From: a virus
Taxonomy: Duplodnaviria > Caudoviricetes
DNA: 53,136 bases
Virus record (IMG/VR): IMGVR_UViG_3300037585_000579
Span: 1-53,136 of that record
Reading direction: 5' to 3' (one strand)
The position numbers and the translations under genes were made by a program. Below the pieces are notes generated by a model. That model did no database searches and was not told where the DNA came from. It worked only from the letters and a program-made list of their open reading frames with translations. The first letter of the stretch is position 1; the number at the start of each line of letters is the position of its first letter. Below are positions 34,789 to 42,057 of this stretch, one piece after another.

Positions 34789-36332
34789 TATGCTGCGAAG
34801 TTCCAATAAGTTGAATTCTTTTTCTTTGGCTCGTCTTCCCATTCAGGATCTTCAGGATGTGACAGATGCCATGAGTCCCGTAAATAATGTACAGCCATAA
34901 CCATAGCATCTACCTGATCATCGTGTGCAGCATTGGGAAACTTTAATAACTCGTCTATTAGAGTATCTCCCCACTTCTTCCCCTTGGGTATCCACAGTCT
35001 TCCAGCCTCTATCAAAGGACTTGCAGAATAAACTCTGGATACCTTATCCCTGTCAGGCATATACTCTCGGACAGGCAAACCAGACCTTCGCATATCCTGT
35101 ATCAGAGACTGTCCACTTGCTTTCTTTTCTATAATACAAATATCGGGATGGTGTCTATTATAGAGTTCATGTGCTTTACGCCGTAACTCTGGATACTCAA
35201 ACCTTTCTCTTACATTTCCCAGAAGAATCAGATTAGAAACATAGTCTTCATAACCATCCTCTTCTTCCTGAAACATAGAAAAGATACCCCATGTTTGTAT
35301 AACACTATAATCAGCCGTAGTTTTAGTAGAGAAAGCAGTATCATATGTTTGTATTACAAAGTCACAGGCCGGAGGATCATCATTTTTCCATTCCTGTAAC
35401 CATTGTTTTTTTATTAAACCTCCCTCTTCCGGGGTAGGATCTTGCATATACAATGAGTTCCAATAACGACTACCATTGCTTGCCTTGATCTCATTCTCAT
35501 CTACTCGTAATAGTTTATCTGACTTCCATTCAGGAAAGTAACTTCCTCCCGGTTCCATATCAAGTAATTCAGCCGCTTCTTCATCTAACCATGCAGGTAT
35601 ACGAATAACTTCCCAAGGGAGTGTCTCATACTCATCCATCTCCTGCTGTTGTTTTAGTAACCAACCACACAGATCATCATAATGATAACGAGTATTAATA
35701 ATAACTATAGAACCATTAGGCATAATACGTGTGCGTAAGCCCGCAGGATACCACTCTTTAACATAACGGCGTCCCGCCTCAGAGTAAGAATCCTCCTCAG
35801 ACATCACATCGTCAAGGATAGCTACGTGAGCACCACGTCCTGCAATCTGGGATCTAACACCAGCAGCGTAATACATACCACCATGATTTGTCTTCCACTT
35901 ACCAGCAGCCCGGACATCACTTCGAAGGGAGACACCCTTGAAGATGTTCGTAAACTGTTCTGTATTTACAATATCTCTGACACTACGTCCGAAATCACTG
36001 GATAACTGATCACTATGGGAGACAGTAAGTATCTCATGTTCAGGATTACGTCCAATATACCATGCTGGAAAGAGCTTTGAACATATCACAGACTTGGAAG
36101 AACGTGGTGGCAGAAAGACCATAAGTCTTTTTATTTCACCAGATTCTAACTTTTTTAATTTATTTGATATCACTTCAATATGTTTGCCCATACGCCAATC
36201 AGACACAAGAGTAGGGGCCACTAAACGCACAAAGGTCAGAAAATCATTTTTACTATTTTCTAAAACTTGTGTGGCTAGTAAACTATTAAGTTTTACAAGC
36301 GATACTAGGGAGTCTTTATCATTTTCTATCAT
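34788..36332 (-). CDS. terL: Terminase large subunit
   Basis: LPPRSSKS Walker A, AILDD Walker B, TRYHYDDL, QTYDTAF..ADYS and HDDQVDA nuclease motifs. Confidence 0.95.
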   Translation of the reverse strand: MIENDKDSLVSLVKLNSLLATQVLENSKNDFLTFVRLVAPTLVSDWRMGKHIEVISNKLKKLESGEIKRLMVFLPPRSSKSVICSKLFPAWYIGRNPEHEILTVSHSDQLSSDFGRSVRDIVNTEQFTNIFKGVSLRSDVRAAGKWKTNHGGMYYAAGVRSQIAGRGAHVAILDDVMSEEDSYSEAGRRYVKEWYPAGLRTRIMPNGSIVIINTRYHYDDLCGWLLKQQQEMDEYETLPWEVIRIPAWLDEEAAELLDMEPGGSYFPEWKSDKLLRVDENEIKASNGSRYWNSLYMQDPTPEEGGLIKKQWLQEWKNDDPPACDFVIQTYDTAFSTKTTADYSVIQTWGIFSMFQEEEDGYEDYVSNLILLGNVRERFEYPELRRKAHELYNRHHPDICIIEKKASGQSLIQDMRRSGLPVREYMPDRDKVSRVYSASPLIEAGRLWIPKGKKWGDTLIDELLKFPNAAHDDQVDAMVMAVHYLRDSWHLSHPEDPEWEDEPKKKNSTYWNFAA

Positions 36333-36341
36333 TCTATGTAG

Positions 36342-36355
36342 TATTATAACATACT
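36342..36355 (-). promoter_or_regulatory. Late-arm extended -10 promoter motif upstream of terL
   Basis: AGTATGTTATAATA, identical to the copy at 28991-29004. Confidence 0.7.
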
Positions 36356-36372
36356 TTTTAGAGACATCAAGT

Positions 36373-36409
36373 AAGATTAAGAAAGATTAAGAAAGATAAT
36401 GATAATAAG
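36373..36409. repeat. Short 10-bp tandem repeat in the AT-rich switch region
   Basis: AAGATTAAGA AAGATTAAGA AAGATAATGA. Confidence 0.7.
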
Positions 36410-36595
36410 TTATAAAGATCTTTAGAGACACCTGTAAAATTTAATTATTTTGACCCTTGTATTTTTGGTAAATATGTCTCAGGGGTGATATATATATAAA
36501 AGAAGACACCCAGTTTTTGGCAGGGGGTATATTATTATTATGTATGTGCCTTAGTTTGGCAGATTAAAGGATACCTTACGGTACGCTTCGCTAGA

Positions 36596-36658
36596 CCAAC
36601 GTATGCCGTTGGATCGCACCAACATCGCTGTTGGATCACGCCAGCGAGACACCGCTGG
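36596..36658. repeat. Array of three tandem 6-bp inverted repeats
   Basis: CCAACG-tatgc-CGTTGG, CCAACA-tcgc-TGTTGG and CCAGCG-agacac-CGCTGG, separated by 6-nt linkers. Confidence 0.85.
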
Positions 36659-36695
36659 ACCGTGTTCTAAGAGAGACCTTCCTTGTTGATAGAGC

Positions 36696-36735
36696 GAGGG
36701 ACTGCGCCCCCTCTATTGAGGGGCTACGTTCCCTC
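36696..36735 (+). promoter_or_regulatory. Early-arm hairpin element E1
   Basis: GAGGGA...GC-CCCCTC-TATT-GAGGGG-C...TCCCTC upstream of the first early gene. Confidence 0.7.
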
Positions 36736-36764
36736 TTTTACTTAACCTTCTAGGAGACTACACT

Positions 36765-37148
36765 ATGACTACATCTAACACTGCTACCCAGCTTCAGGGC
36801 TTGGATCTTAACTCGGTTGACCCCAAGACTTTGGTGGGAGTCATCATGGAGCTAAAGGCTAAAGTTGAGGAACTTGAGTCTAAAGGCAAGGCTGACCCCG
36901 GCACTGCTTGGCTCAACACTCCCGGTCCTAACTTCAGGATCTCGGAAGCACAGAAAGCCAACGGCTTCTGGACGGTGACAGACATGATCATGGACCAAGA
37001 CTATAAGAAGGGAGACGTCATGACTGTAACTCTTTGGAAACCATCAGAGAAAGCTCCCAATACTGCCATTGGGCGCTTGACTACTCAGCCCAAATGGACG
37101 GGAGAGGAACCTGTGGCTACTGACGACGACGATCTGTCAGTACTTTGA
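36765..37148 (+). CDS. First early gene, hypothetical with acidic C-terminal tail
   Basis: AGGAG SD; short coiled coil; ends DDDDLSVL. Confidence 0.8.
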   Translation: MTTSNTATQLQGLDLNSVDPKTLVGVIMELKAKVEELESKGKADPGTAWLNTPGPNFRISEAQKANGFWTVTDMIMDQDYKKGDVMTVTLWKPSEKAPNTAIGRLTTQPKWTGEEPVATDDDDLSVL

Positions 37149-37155
37149 TCTAACT

Positions 37156-37177
37156 GGGAGGGGCTTCGGTCCCTCCC
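37156..37177 (+). terminator. Stable cUUCGg hairpin (terminator or stabiliser)
   Basis: GGGAGGGGC-TTCG-GTCCCTCCC; poor U-tract. Confidence 0.55.
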
Positions 37178-37196
37178 TAACCTTTAGGAGTTTAAC

Positions 37197-37376
37197 ATGA
37201 GAGCAATATTCGCAGTATTTCTAGTTTTGGTTGGTGTGTTCCTTGTTGTAAGTGGGATGCACTTATACGATCCTGCTAACCTGCCGGGATACGTTGGGTA
37301 TGTAGTAGGAGCAATGCTTTCAATCATGGGCATATGCTCTGCACTGGCAGGTACTTTGCTGCTAAGTAACAACTGA
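37197..37376 (+). CDS. 59-aa two-TM membrane protein (not in ORF track)
   Basis: AGGAG SD; MRAIFAVFLVLVGVFLVVSG...YVVGAMLSIMGICSALAGTLLL. Confidence 0.75.
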   Translation: MRAIFAVFLVLVGVFLVVSGMHLYDPANLPGYVGYVVGAMLSIMGICSALAGTLLLSNN

Positions 37377-37382
37377 AGAGAC

Positions 37383-37410
37383 AGGAGGAGCTTCGGCTCT
37401 TCCTTTCTTT
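37383..37410 (+). terminator. Intrinsic terminator
   Basis: AGGAGGAGC-TTCG-GCTCTTCCT-TTCTTT. Confidence 0.8.
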
Positions 37411-37703
37411 AAAGTTTGTATCCTAACCTATAAAAAAAATACATTTAATTGTATTTAACACTCAATTATATATCTTAACCGTTAAAAAAGACGCACTAAT
37501 CTGTGTAATTCGTCCCCTTTACGTGTGTGTTGCATAATAAACCACCACCGTAATAATCTAACCAATCTATAAAGACTAACAAATACAAGGGACTAATAGC
37601 TGTTGTATATATATCACACTATCAAACTGATTTATATATTCTCATCATCTATGTGTAGCCTGAAGAGTATCATGATGATAGCTTTGACGAACTCTCTCGC
37701 TTT

Positions 37704-37733
37704 TGAAACACCCACTTCGTTGAGGGCGTTTCA
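37704..37733 (+). promoter_or_regulatory. Early-arm hairpin element E2
   Basis: TGAAAC-A-CCC-ACTTCGTTGA-GGG-C-GTTTCA. Confidence 0.6.
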
Positions 37734-37765
37734 TCCGCTTACTGTCTATCTATAGGAGATATAAT

Positions 37766-38125
37766 ATGTCATTTGATTTAGTTGTTGCTGGCAGTAGAGA
37801 CTTTATGCATTATGCTTTGTTAGAGAAGACATTGGATAAACTGTTAGTGAACAGGGTTGATGAAGGTGTAAGAATAATAAGTGGAACAGCTAGAGGGGCT
37901 GATGAGTTAGGACAAATGTATGCAGATAATAAAGGCTATGATGTAATACTAAAGCCAGCTAAATGGAATCTGCATGGTAGGTCAGCAGGATATAAAAGAA
38001 ATGTAGAGATGGCAGACATAGCTGATGCTGTTATATGTTTCTGGGATGGTAGATCCAGAGGCACTAAGCATATGATAGATATTAGTGAGTCAAAGGATAT
38101 ACCATTACGTGTAATAAGATTTTAA
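37766..38125 (+). CDS. SLOG-family protein (YspA/DUF2493-like)
   Basis: VAGSRDF, ISGTARGADELG, AGYKRNVEM and FWDGRSRGTKHMI. Confidence 0.85.
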   Translation: MSFDLVVAGSRDFMHYALLEKTLDKLLVNRVDEGVRIISGTARGADELGQMYADNKGYDVILKPAKWNLHGRSAGYKRNVEMADIADAVICFWDGRSRGTKHMIDISESKDIPLRVIRF

Positions 38126-38134
38126 TAATCGCTC

Positions 38135-38161
38135 CAACACCCCCCTCTTCGAGGGGCGTTG
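38135..38161 (+). promoter_or_regulatory. Early-arm hairpin element E3
   Basis: CAAC-ACC-CCCCTC-TTC-GAGGGG-C-GTTG. Confidence 0.7.
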
Positions 38162-38216
38162 TCGCTTCTCATACTTACTTTATCTTAAGGTTCGTAGTCA
38201 AGACATGACCTCTTGT

Positions 38217-38384
38217 GGAGAGTCTGGTTGAGTTTATGTTGAAATTCCATGCACTGTTTCAACAGGGTAGTCTTAAAACAGATGAGTGCGAGACAGACAT
38301 CTGGCTGCATCTGGATCGTGGTCGTTCCAAGCTTTGCAGTATTAATCAACTACCTAACAGAGGGTTCAATTCCCTCTCTCTCCA
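38217..38384 (+). ncRNA. tRNA-like ncRNA A (168 nt)
   Basis: GGAGAG/CTCTCC-A acceptor, AGAGGG-TTCAATT-CCCTCT T-arm, internal helices TGTTGAAA/TTTCAACA and GGGTAG/CTACCT. Confidence 0.7.
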
Positions 38385-38400
38385 TCTTACTTTATCTTAT

Positions 38401-38522
38401 GGAAAGTCTGGTTGAGTGAATGTTGTAAACCTATGAAGGCATGACTATCATGTTGGAGGTCTGTACAATGCAACAAGGTGAGTACAGTCACCTAACAGAG
38501 GGTTCGATTCCTTCTCTTTCCA
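38401..38522 (+). ncRNA. tRNA-like ncRNA B (122 nt)
   Basis: GGAAAG/CTTTCC-A acceptor (compensatory change relative to A), AGAGGG-TTCGATT-CCTTCT T-arm, helices TGTTGTA/TGCAACA and AGGTGA/TCACCT. Confidence 0.7.
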
Positions 38523-38545
38523 GCTTACTTATAAGGATATACAAG

Positions 38546-38746
38546 ATGAACAACTTTTATACTGGATACATGTCCGCTGATAAAGATCTCAGAGAAGCAA
38601 TTCAAAATAATCAAATAGGTTGGCTCAATAAAGCATTAAAAAGTTTCGATAACGATCCCCCAAATAGTTCTTTTCAGGAAGGATATAAACAACTACTCAT
38701 TGAAGAATTTAAAATGAAAGGATTAAAAGATGAGTTTAGATTATAG
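38546..38746 (+). CDS. Hypothetical early protein
   Basis: TAAGGA SD before ATG 38546; FDNDPPNSSFQEGY. Confidence 0.65.
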   Translation: MNNFYTGYMSADKDLREAIQNNQIGWLNKALKSFDNDPPNSSFQEGYKQLLIEEFKMKGLKDEFRL

Positions 38747-38885
38747 AATTGAAAATGCCAGAGAAGATATGTTCTGGAGTTTCTTTGATGAGATTCGAAA
38801 AGAATTAATAGCTGATGGCATGGCTGAACTAGAAGCAGACATACATGCAAAAGAGATGGCCGAGGAGAAGTTAGATGGAATATGA
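38730..38885 (+). CDS. 51-aa acidic early protein (not in ORF track)
   Basis: AAGGA SD; MSLDYRIENAREDMFWSFFDEIRKELI... Confidence 0.6.
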   Translation: MSLDYRIENAREDMFWSFFDEIRKELIADGMAELEADIHAKEMAEEKLDGI

Positions 38886-39051
38886 TTTTAAATCAATGGC
38901 TCAACCTATCTTAACTATTAAAGAGTTTAAAGAGCTACAAGAAATGAAAGGTATAGAACTATCTCAAACTGATTTGTTCTTAACATATAATAAATATATA
39001 ACACATGCAAAAAAATTCAATAAAGCTTATGGAGATATAGAAAATGTCTGA
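38875..39051 (+). CDS. 58-aa early protein (not in ORF track)
   Basis: GAGGAG SD; MEYDFKSMAQPILTIKEFKELQEM... Confidence 0.6.
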   Translation: MEYDFKSMAQPILTIKEFKELQEMKGIELSQTDLFLTYNKYITHAKKFNKAYGDIENV

Positions 39052-39241
39052 CTATGCACAGAACGAAAAAGATTTTCAAGAGAGAGTATTTGATTATCTT
39101 GATGAACTAAGAGAGCTTGGAGTAACTAATATGTTTAGTGCTACTCCATATATTACTTCTGTTTTTAGTGTTGATAAATTTGAAGCAGGTAATCTTTTAG
39201 AAAATTGGATGAAGACATATCCAAGAAAGAGGAACCAATGA
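39044..39241 (+). CDS. Hypothetical early protein
   Basis: GGAG SD; FDYLDELRELGVTNMFSATPY motif. Confidence 0.7.
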   Translation: MSDYAQNEKDFQERVFDYLDELRELGVTNMFSATPYITSVFSVDKFEAGNLLENWMKTYPRKRNQ

Positions 39242-39738
39242 AATGGGTAGTACTGCTGATAGTTGGTTTAGCTATAGCAGTTTATTTTAATCCTGTAAAA
39301 GCAAGCAAAGGATTAACAGATGAAGAGTATGAAGAAAGACGATGCTTAGTAGAAGCTATATACTTTGAAGCTAGATCAGAGTCAATACTAGCACAGCTTG
39401 CAATAGCTAATGTAATACTTGAACGAGTTAAGTTAGCAAACTTTCCCAACACAGTATGTAAAGTAGTAAAACAAGGACGGTATTATAAAGGCCATCCAAT
39501 ACGACATAAGTGTGCGTTCTCTTACTGGTGTGATGGTAAGTCAGAGAAAATGTACAACAATAAAGCTAAACAAAATGCTATAAAGGTAGCAGCTATGGCA
39601 GCCAGTGGTATTTTTGTAGATCAAACGCTTTATTCTACACACTATCATGCTACTTATGTTAATCCTTACTGGGCATCTAACGAAAGGTTTAAAATTGTTG
39701 CACAAATAGACTCACATATATTCTATATACAACATTGA
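39238..39738 (+). CDS. Cell wall hydrolase (SleB/Hydrolase_2 family)
   Basis: CLVEAIYFEARSE, FPNTVCKVV, AFSYWCDG and HYHATYVNPYWA; N-terminal signal/TM. Confidence 0.9.
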   Translation: MKWVVLLIVGLAIAVYFNPVKASKGLTDEEYEERRCLVEAIYFEARSESILAQLAIANVILERVKLANFPNTVCKVVKQGRYYKGHPIRHKCAFSYWCDGKSEKMYNNKAKQNAIKVAAMAASGIFVDQTLYSTHYHATYVNPYWASNERFKIVAQIDSHIFYIQH

Positions 39739-39765
39739 AGACCGTGATTGGTCAAAGGATAAATT

Positions 39766-39972
39766 ATGTCTGAATTAACACAAGAAGAATGGGCTAAACG
39801 TCGTACAAAAGATTACAATTATCATGTTGAAAAGTGCAAGACCCATAACCTGCCACCAATGGATTGGGAAACATATAAACATTGGTTCGATAGTAGGGAT
39901 ACGACTGAAACAAACCATCAACGGGTTGAGGAACTATTATTTAAACATAATTTACGCAACATGAAAAGGTAA
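39766..39972 (+). CDS. Hypothetical early protein
   Basis: AAGGA SD, 68-aa ORF. Confidence 0.55.
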   Translation: MSELTQEEWAKRRTKDYNYHVEKCKTHNLPPMDWETYKHWFDSRDTTETNHQRVEELLFKHNLRNMKR

Positions 39973-39978
39973 ATAAGT

Positions 39979-40179
39979 ATGAAATTAACTAGAGAACAAA
40001 GGATAGCATTAAAAAAAGTTTATGATAGAGAATGGAATAAACCTGATAGCTACCTAACTTTTCGTCGGACAGTAATACCGGAAATATGTGGTGATGCAGT
40101 CATGGTTCCTTTTGTTAATATGTGGTTATATATAGAACTTAATGGGTATACACTGCAATATGAAAAGGTAATACAATGA
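39979..40179 (+). CDS. Hypothetical early protein
   Basis: AAGGT SD; LTREQRIALKKVYDR...SYLTFRRTV. Confidence 0.65.
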   Translation: MKLTREQRIALKKVYDREWNKPDSYLTFRRTVIPEICGDAVMVPFVNMWLYIELNGYTLQYEKVIQ

Positions 40180-40391
40180 AAACCTATAGAGTATCATGGC
40201 TAAAGGGTAGACGTGCAGGAGCGCAGGGTAAACACTATCCTGATAGTGTGGTAGTACAGGCAGAGAATGAAAAAGCTGCACACTTAAAAGCATATGAGAC
40301 ACACGAACATCTAATGTGTGTAGACATAACAGAAATAGACAAGCCAAGGACAGTTGAAAACAATATAGATCGACAACGCCCCCTCTCTTGA
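40176..40391 (+). CDS. Hypothetical early protein
   Basis: ATGA coupling; stop lies inside hairpin E4. Confidence 0.6.
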   Translation: MKTYRVSWLKGRRAGAQGKHYPDSVVVQAENEKAAHLKAYETHEHLMCVDITEIDKPRTVENNIDRQRPLS

Positions 40392-40402
40392 GGGGCGCTG
40401 TC
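40372..40402 (+). promoter_or_regulatory. Early-arm hairpin element E4
   Basis: GACA-A-CG-C-CCCCTC-TCTT-GAGGGG-CG-C-TGTC. Confidence 0.7.
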
Positions 40403-40435
40403 TCTCTCTGAAATCTTAACCTATGGAGATATGAT

Positions 40436-41209
40436 ATGTTTGCTACTGATTTATTAAAAGAACTAAAGACAGAACGTCAAGTATATTTAGTAACACCAGA
40501 AGATAAATTATATTATGCCCTTGAAATAATTCATTGTAATAGAGAAGTACCCCAAAGCAATATTAATGCCTTGAAAAAATCTATTGAAAAAAATAACGCA
40601 CTGTATCTAAAACCAATAACAATAGATAATAAATACAATATCATTGATGGTCAGACAAGATACAGAGCTTGTCAAGAACTTAATATGCCTTTCTATGTGG
40701 ACATTGTAGACTCAATGGAATGGTCTAATGAAGATCTTATATCTATTAATACAACACAACGTAACTGGAAGCTGGTAGATTACTTACATTATTATGTAAA
40801 ATTTGCTATGAACCCTTATGTAGTTTTTCAAACATTCCTTGATTCACATAAACATATTACAATACAAATGTTAATTGCTATATTTAATAATACAAGTCAC
40901 AGAAATTGTTTAAATAGTAAAGCATTTAAAAGCGGTGAACTAAAATATGATAATAGAAATAAAACTAATATATTGAAATGGCTTGCTTGGTTGGAAGAAA
41001 TAAATACAGCTCCAATTTATCCATCATTGGATAACAGGACAAAAAGAAACCAAGAGTTTCAAACATCATTGCTTAAAAAGTTTCAATCTCCTAATTGGGA
41101 TAACTGTAAATTTATTAGACTGTTATCTGAATATCCTCATCAATTAAATAAACTAAAAAGAATAACTGACTTTGATCAGGAAATAGAAAATATTTATATG
41201 AGTGCCTGA
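40436..41209 (+). CDS. ParB/Srx N-terminal domain protein
   Basis: NREV...ALKKSI, PITID and IIDGQTRYRAC. Confidence 0.75.
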   Translation: MFATDLLKELKTERQVYLVTPEDKLYYALEIIHCNREVPQSNINALKKSIEKNNALYLKPITIDNKYNIIDGQTRYRACQELNMPFYVDIVDSMEWSNEDLISINTTQRNWKLVDYLHYYVKFAMNPYVVFQTFLDSHKHITIQMLIAIFNNTSHRNCLNSKAFKSGELKYDNRNKTNILKWLAWLEEINTAPIYPSLDNRTKRNQEFQTSLLKKFQSPNWDNCKFIRLLSEYPHQLNKLKRITDFDQEIENIYMSA

Positions 41210-41211
41210 TC

Positions 41212-41243
41212 GGTAAAGACCCCTTCTTGTGAGGGGTCTTTCC
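41212..41243 (+). promoter_or_regulatory. Early-arm hairpin element E5
   Basis: GG-T-AAAGACCCCTT-CTTGT-GAGGGGTCTTT-CC. Confidence 0.7.
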
Positions 41244-41262
41244 CTCTCTATGGAGAAAAATA

Positions 41263-41388
41263 ATGTGCGATGATGACGATAAAACTTTATATAAAGAAGC
41301 TATTGATGATCTTTTCGGTGCCCACATTACAGGTGCAGAGTTAGAAATCTTAGCAGCTTATCTTGCAAAGTTAAGAGAGGAAAAATAA
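41263..41388 (+). CDS. 41-aa protein (not in ORF track)
   Basis: GGAG SD; MCDDDDKTLYKEAIDDLFG... Confidence 0.55.
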   Translation: MCDDDDKTLYKEAIDDLFGAHITGAELEILAAYLAKLREEK

Positions 41389-41610
41389 ATGGAATACCGA
41401 GTAACGAAAAAAAGTCTTCAGAAAAAAGTAGATCTTTTAAATAAAAAAATAAGAATAAATGCTTTAAAGGTTGAGCTAGATCATGCCGCATGTTATGGTG
41501 GCTATGCTTTAATAGACTATGATGGATCGCATCACCTTACACCCCGTATGGCACCAAGAGAAATGAATCAGTATCTTGAAGGTGCATTAGATTGGATAAC
41601 AGCAGAATGA
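41389..41610 (+). CDS. Hypothetical protein
   Basis: GAGG SD; abuts neighbours. Confidence 0.6.
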   Translation: MEYRVTKKSLQKKVDLLNKKIRINALKVELDHAACYGGYALIDYDGSHHLTPRMAPREMNQYLEGALDWITAE

Positions 41611-41643
41611 ATGCTTGGTGGGATATTCTTGATGGAGATGACA

Positions 41644-41868
41644 ATGGTTCAAACTAAGGTACATGTAAATCAACATGTAATTAAAGCTAATCGTAAATCA
41701 GGAAAAAAAGATCCTGTATTAACTGTAAAAACTTATAAGAGTAATACATATGCAAAAGAAGTTTATATAACAGGACCATGTACAGTAAAATATAGTCCTG
41801 ATAAACCACTCTCTTGTGGTGCACAGGTCTGGATACATACCGAATCTGAAGTGGAGATCATAGAATGA
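41644..41868 (+). CDS. Conserved phage hypothetical protein
   Basis: VHVNQHVIKAN...YSPDKPLSCGAQVWI; GGAG SD before ATG 41644. Confidence 0.7.
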   Translation: MVQTKVHVNQHVIKANRKSGKKDPVLTVKTYKSNTYAKEVYITGPCTVKYSPDKPLSCGAQVWIHTESEVEIIE

Positions 41869-41877
41869 AAGATAAAG

Positions 41878-42057
41878 ATGTCTAAGATAATGAACTGGAT
41901 GATGAGCGTGGAAGATTTTGTAAATGGGTACTCTTATGGTGGTATGAATGATTACACTGTTGATGAAGTAGTAGAAGATGTTGACATGTATTTTAAGTCT
42001 GGTGAAGCAGTGAAGTATGCTCGACGGTATATGGAAAAACAAATGGAAGAAAGATAA
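41878..42057 (+). CDS. 59-aa acidic protein (not in ORF track)
   Basis: MSKIMNWMMSVEDFV...; TAATG coupling to the next gene. Confidence 0.6.
   Translation: MSKIMNWMMSVEDFVNGYSYGGMNDYTVDEVVEDVDMYFKSGEAVKYARRYMEKQMEER

Noticed and set aside
36596-36658. Mini-CRISPR array
   Set aside because: Units are 22-23 nt with 6-nt linkers, far too short for spacers, and there is no cas operon.
37444-37486. CtrA boxes (TTAA-N7-TTAA)
   Set aside because: The best pair has 6-nt spacing, and TTAA words are expected in AT-rich DNA.
38217-38522. Calling these elements ordinary tRNAs, pseudo-tRNAs or true tmRNA
   Set aside because: No 7-nt anticodon loop or D-stem, no G3-U70, too short for tmRNA, and the compensatory changes argue against decay.
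38215-38545. ORF 38215-38415 and the 5' extension of ORF 38441-38746
   Set aside because: Neither has a convincing SD and both overlie the covarying RNA structures; the SD-supported start is 38546.
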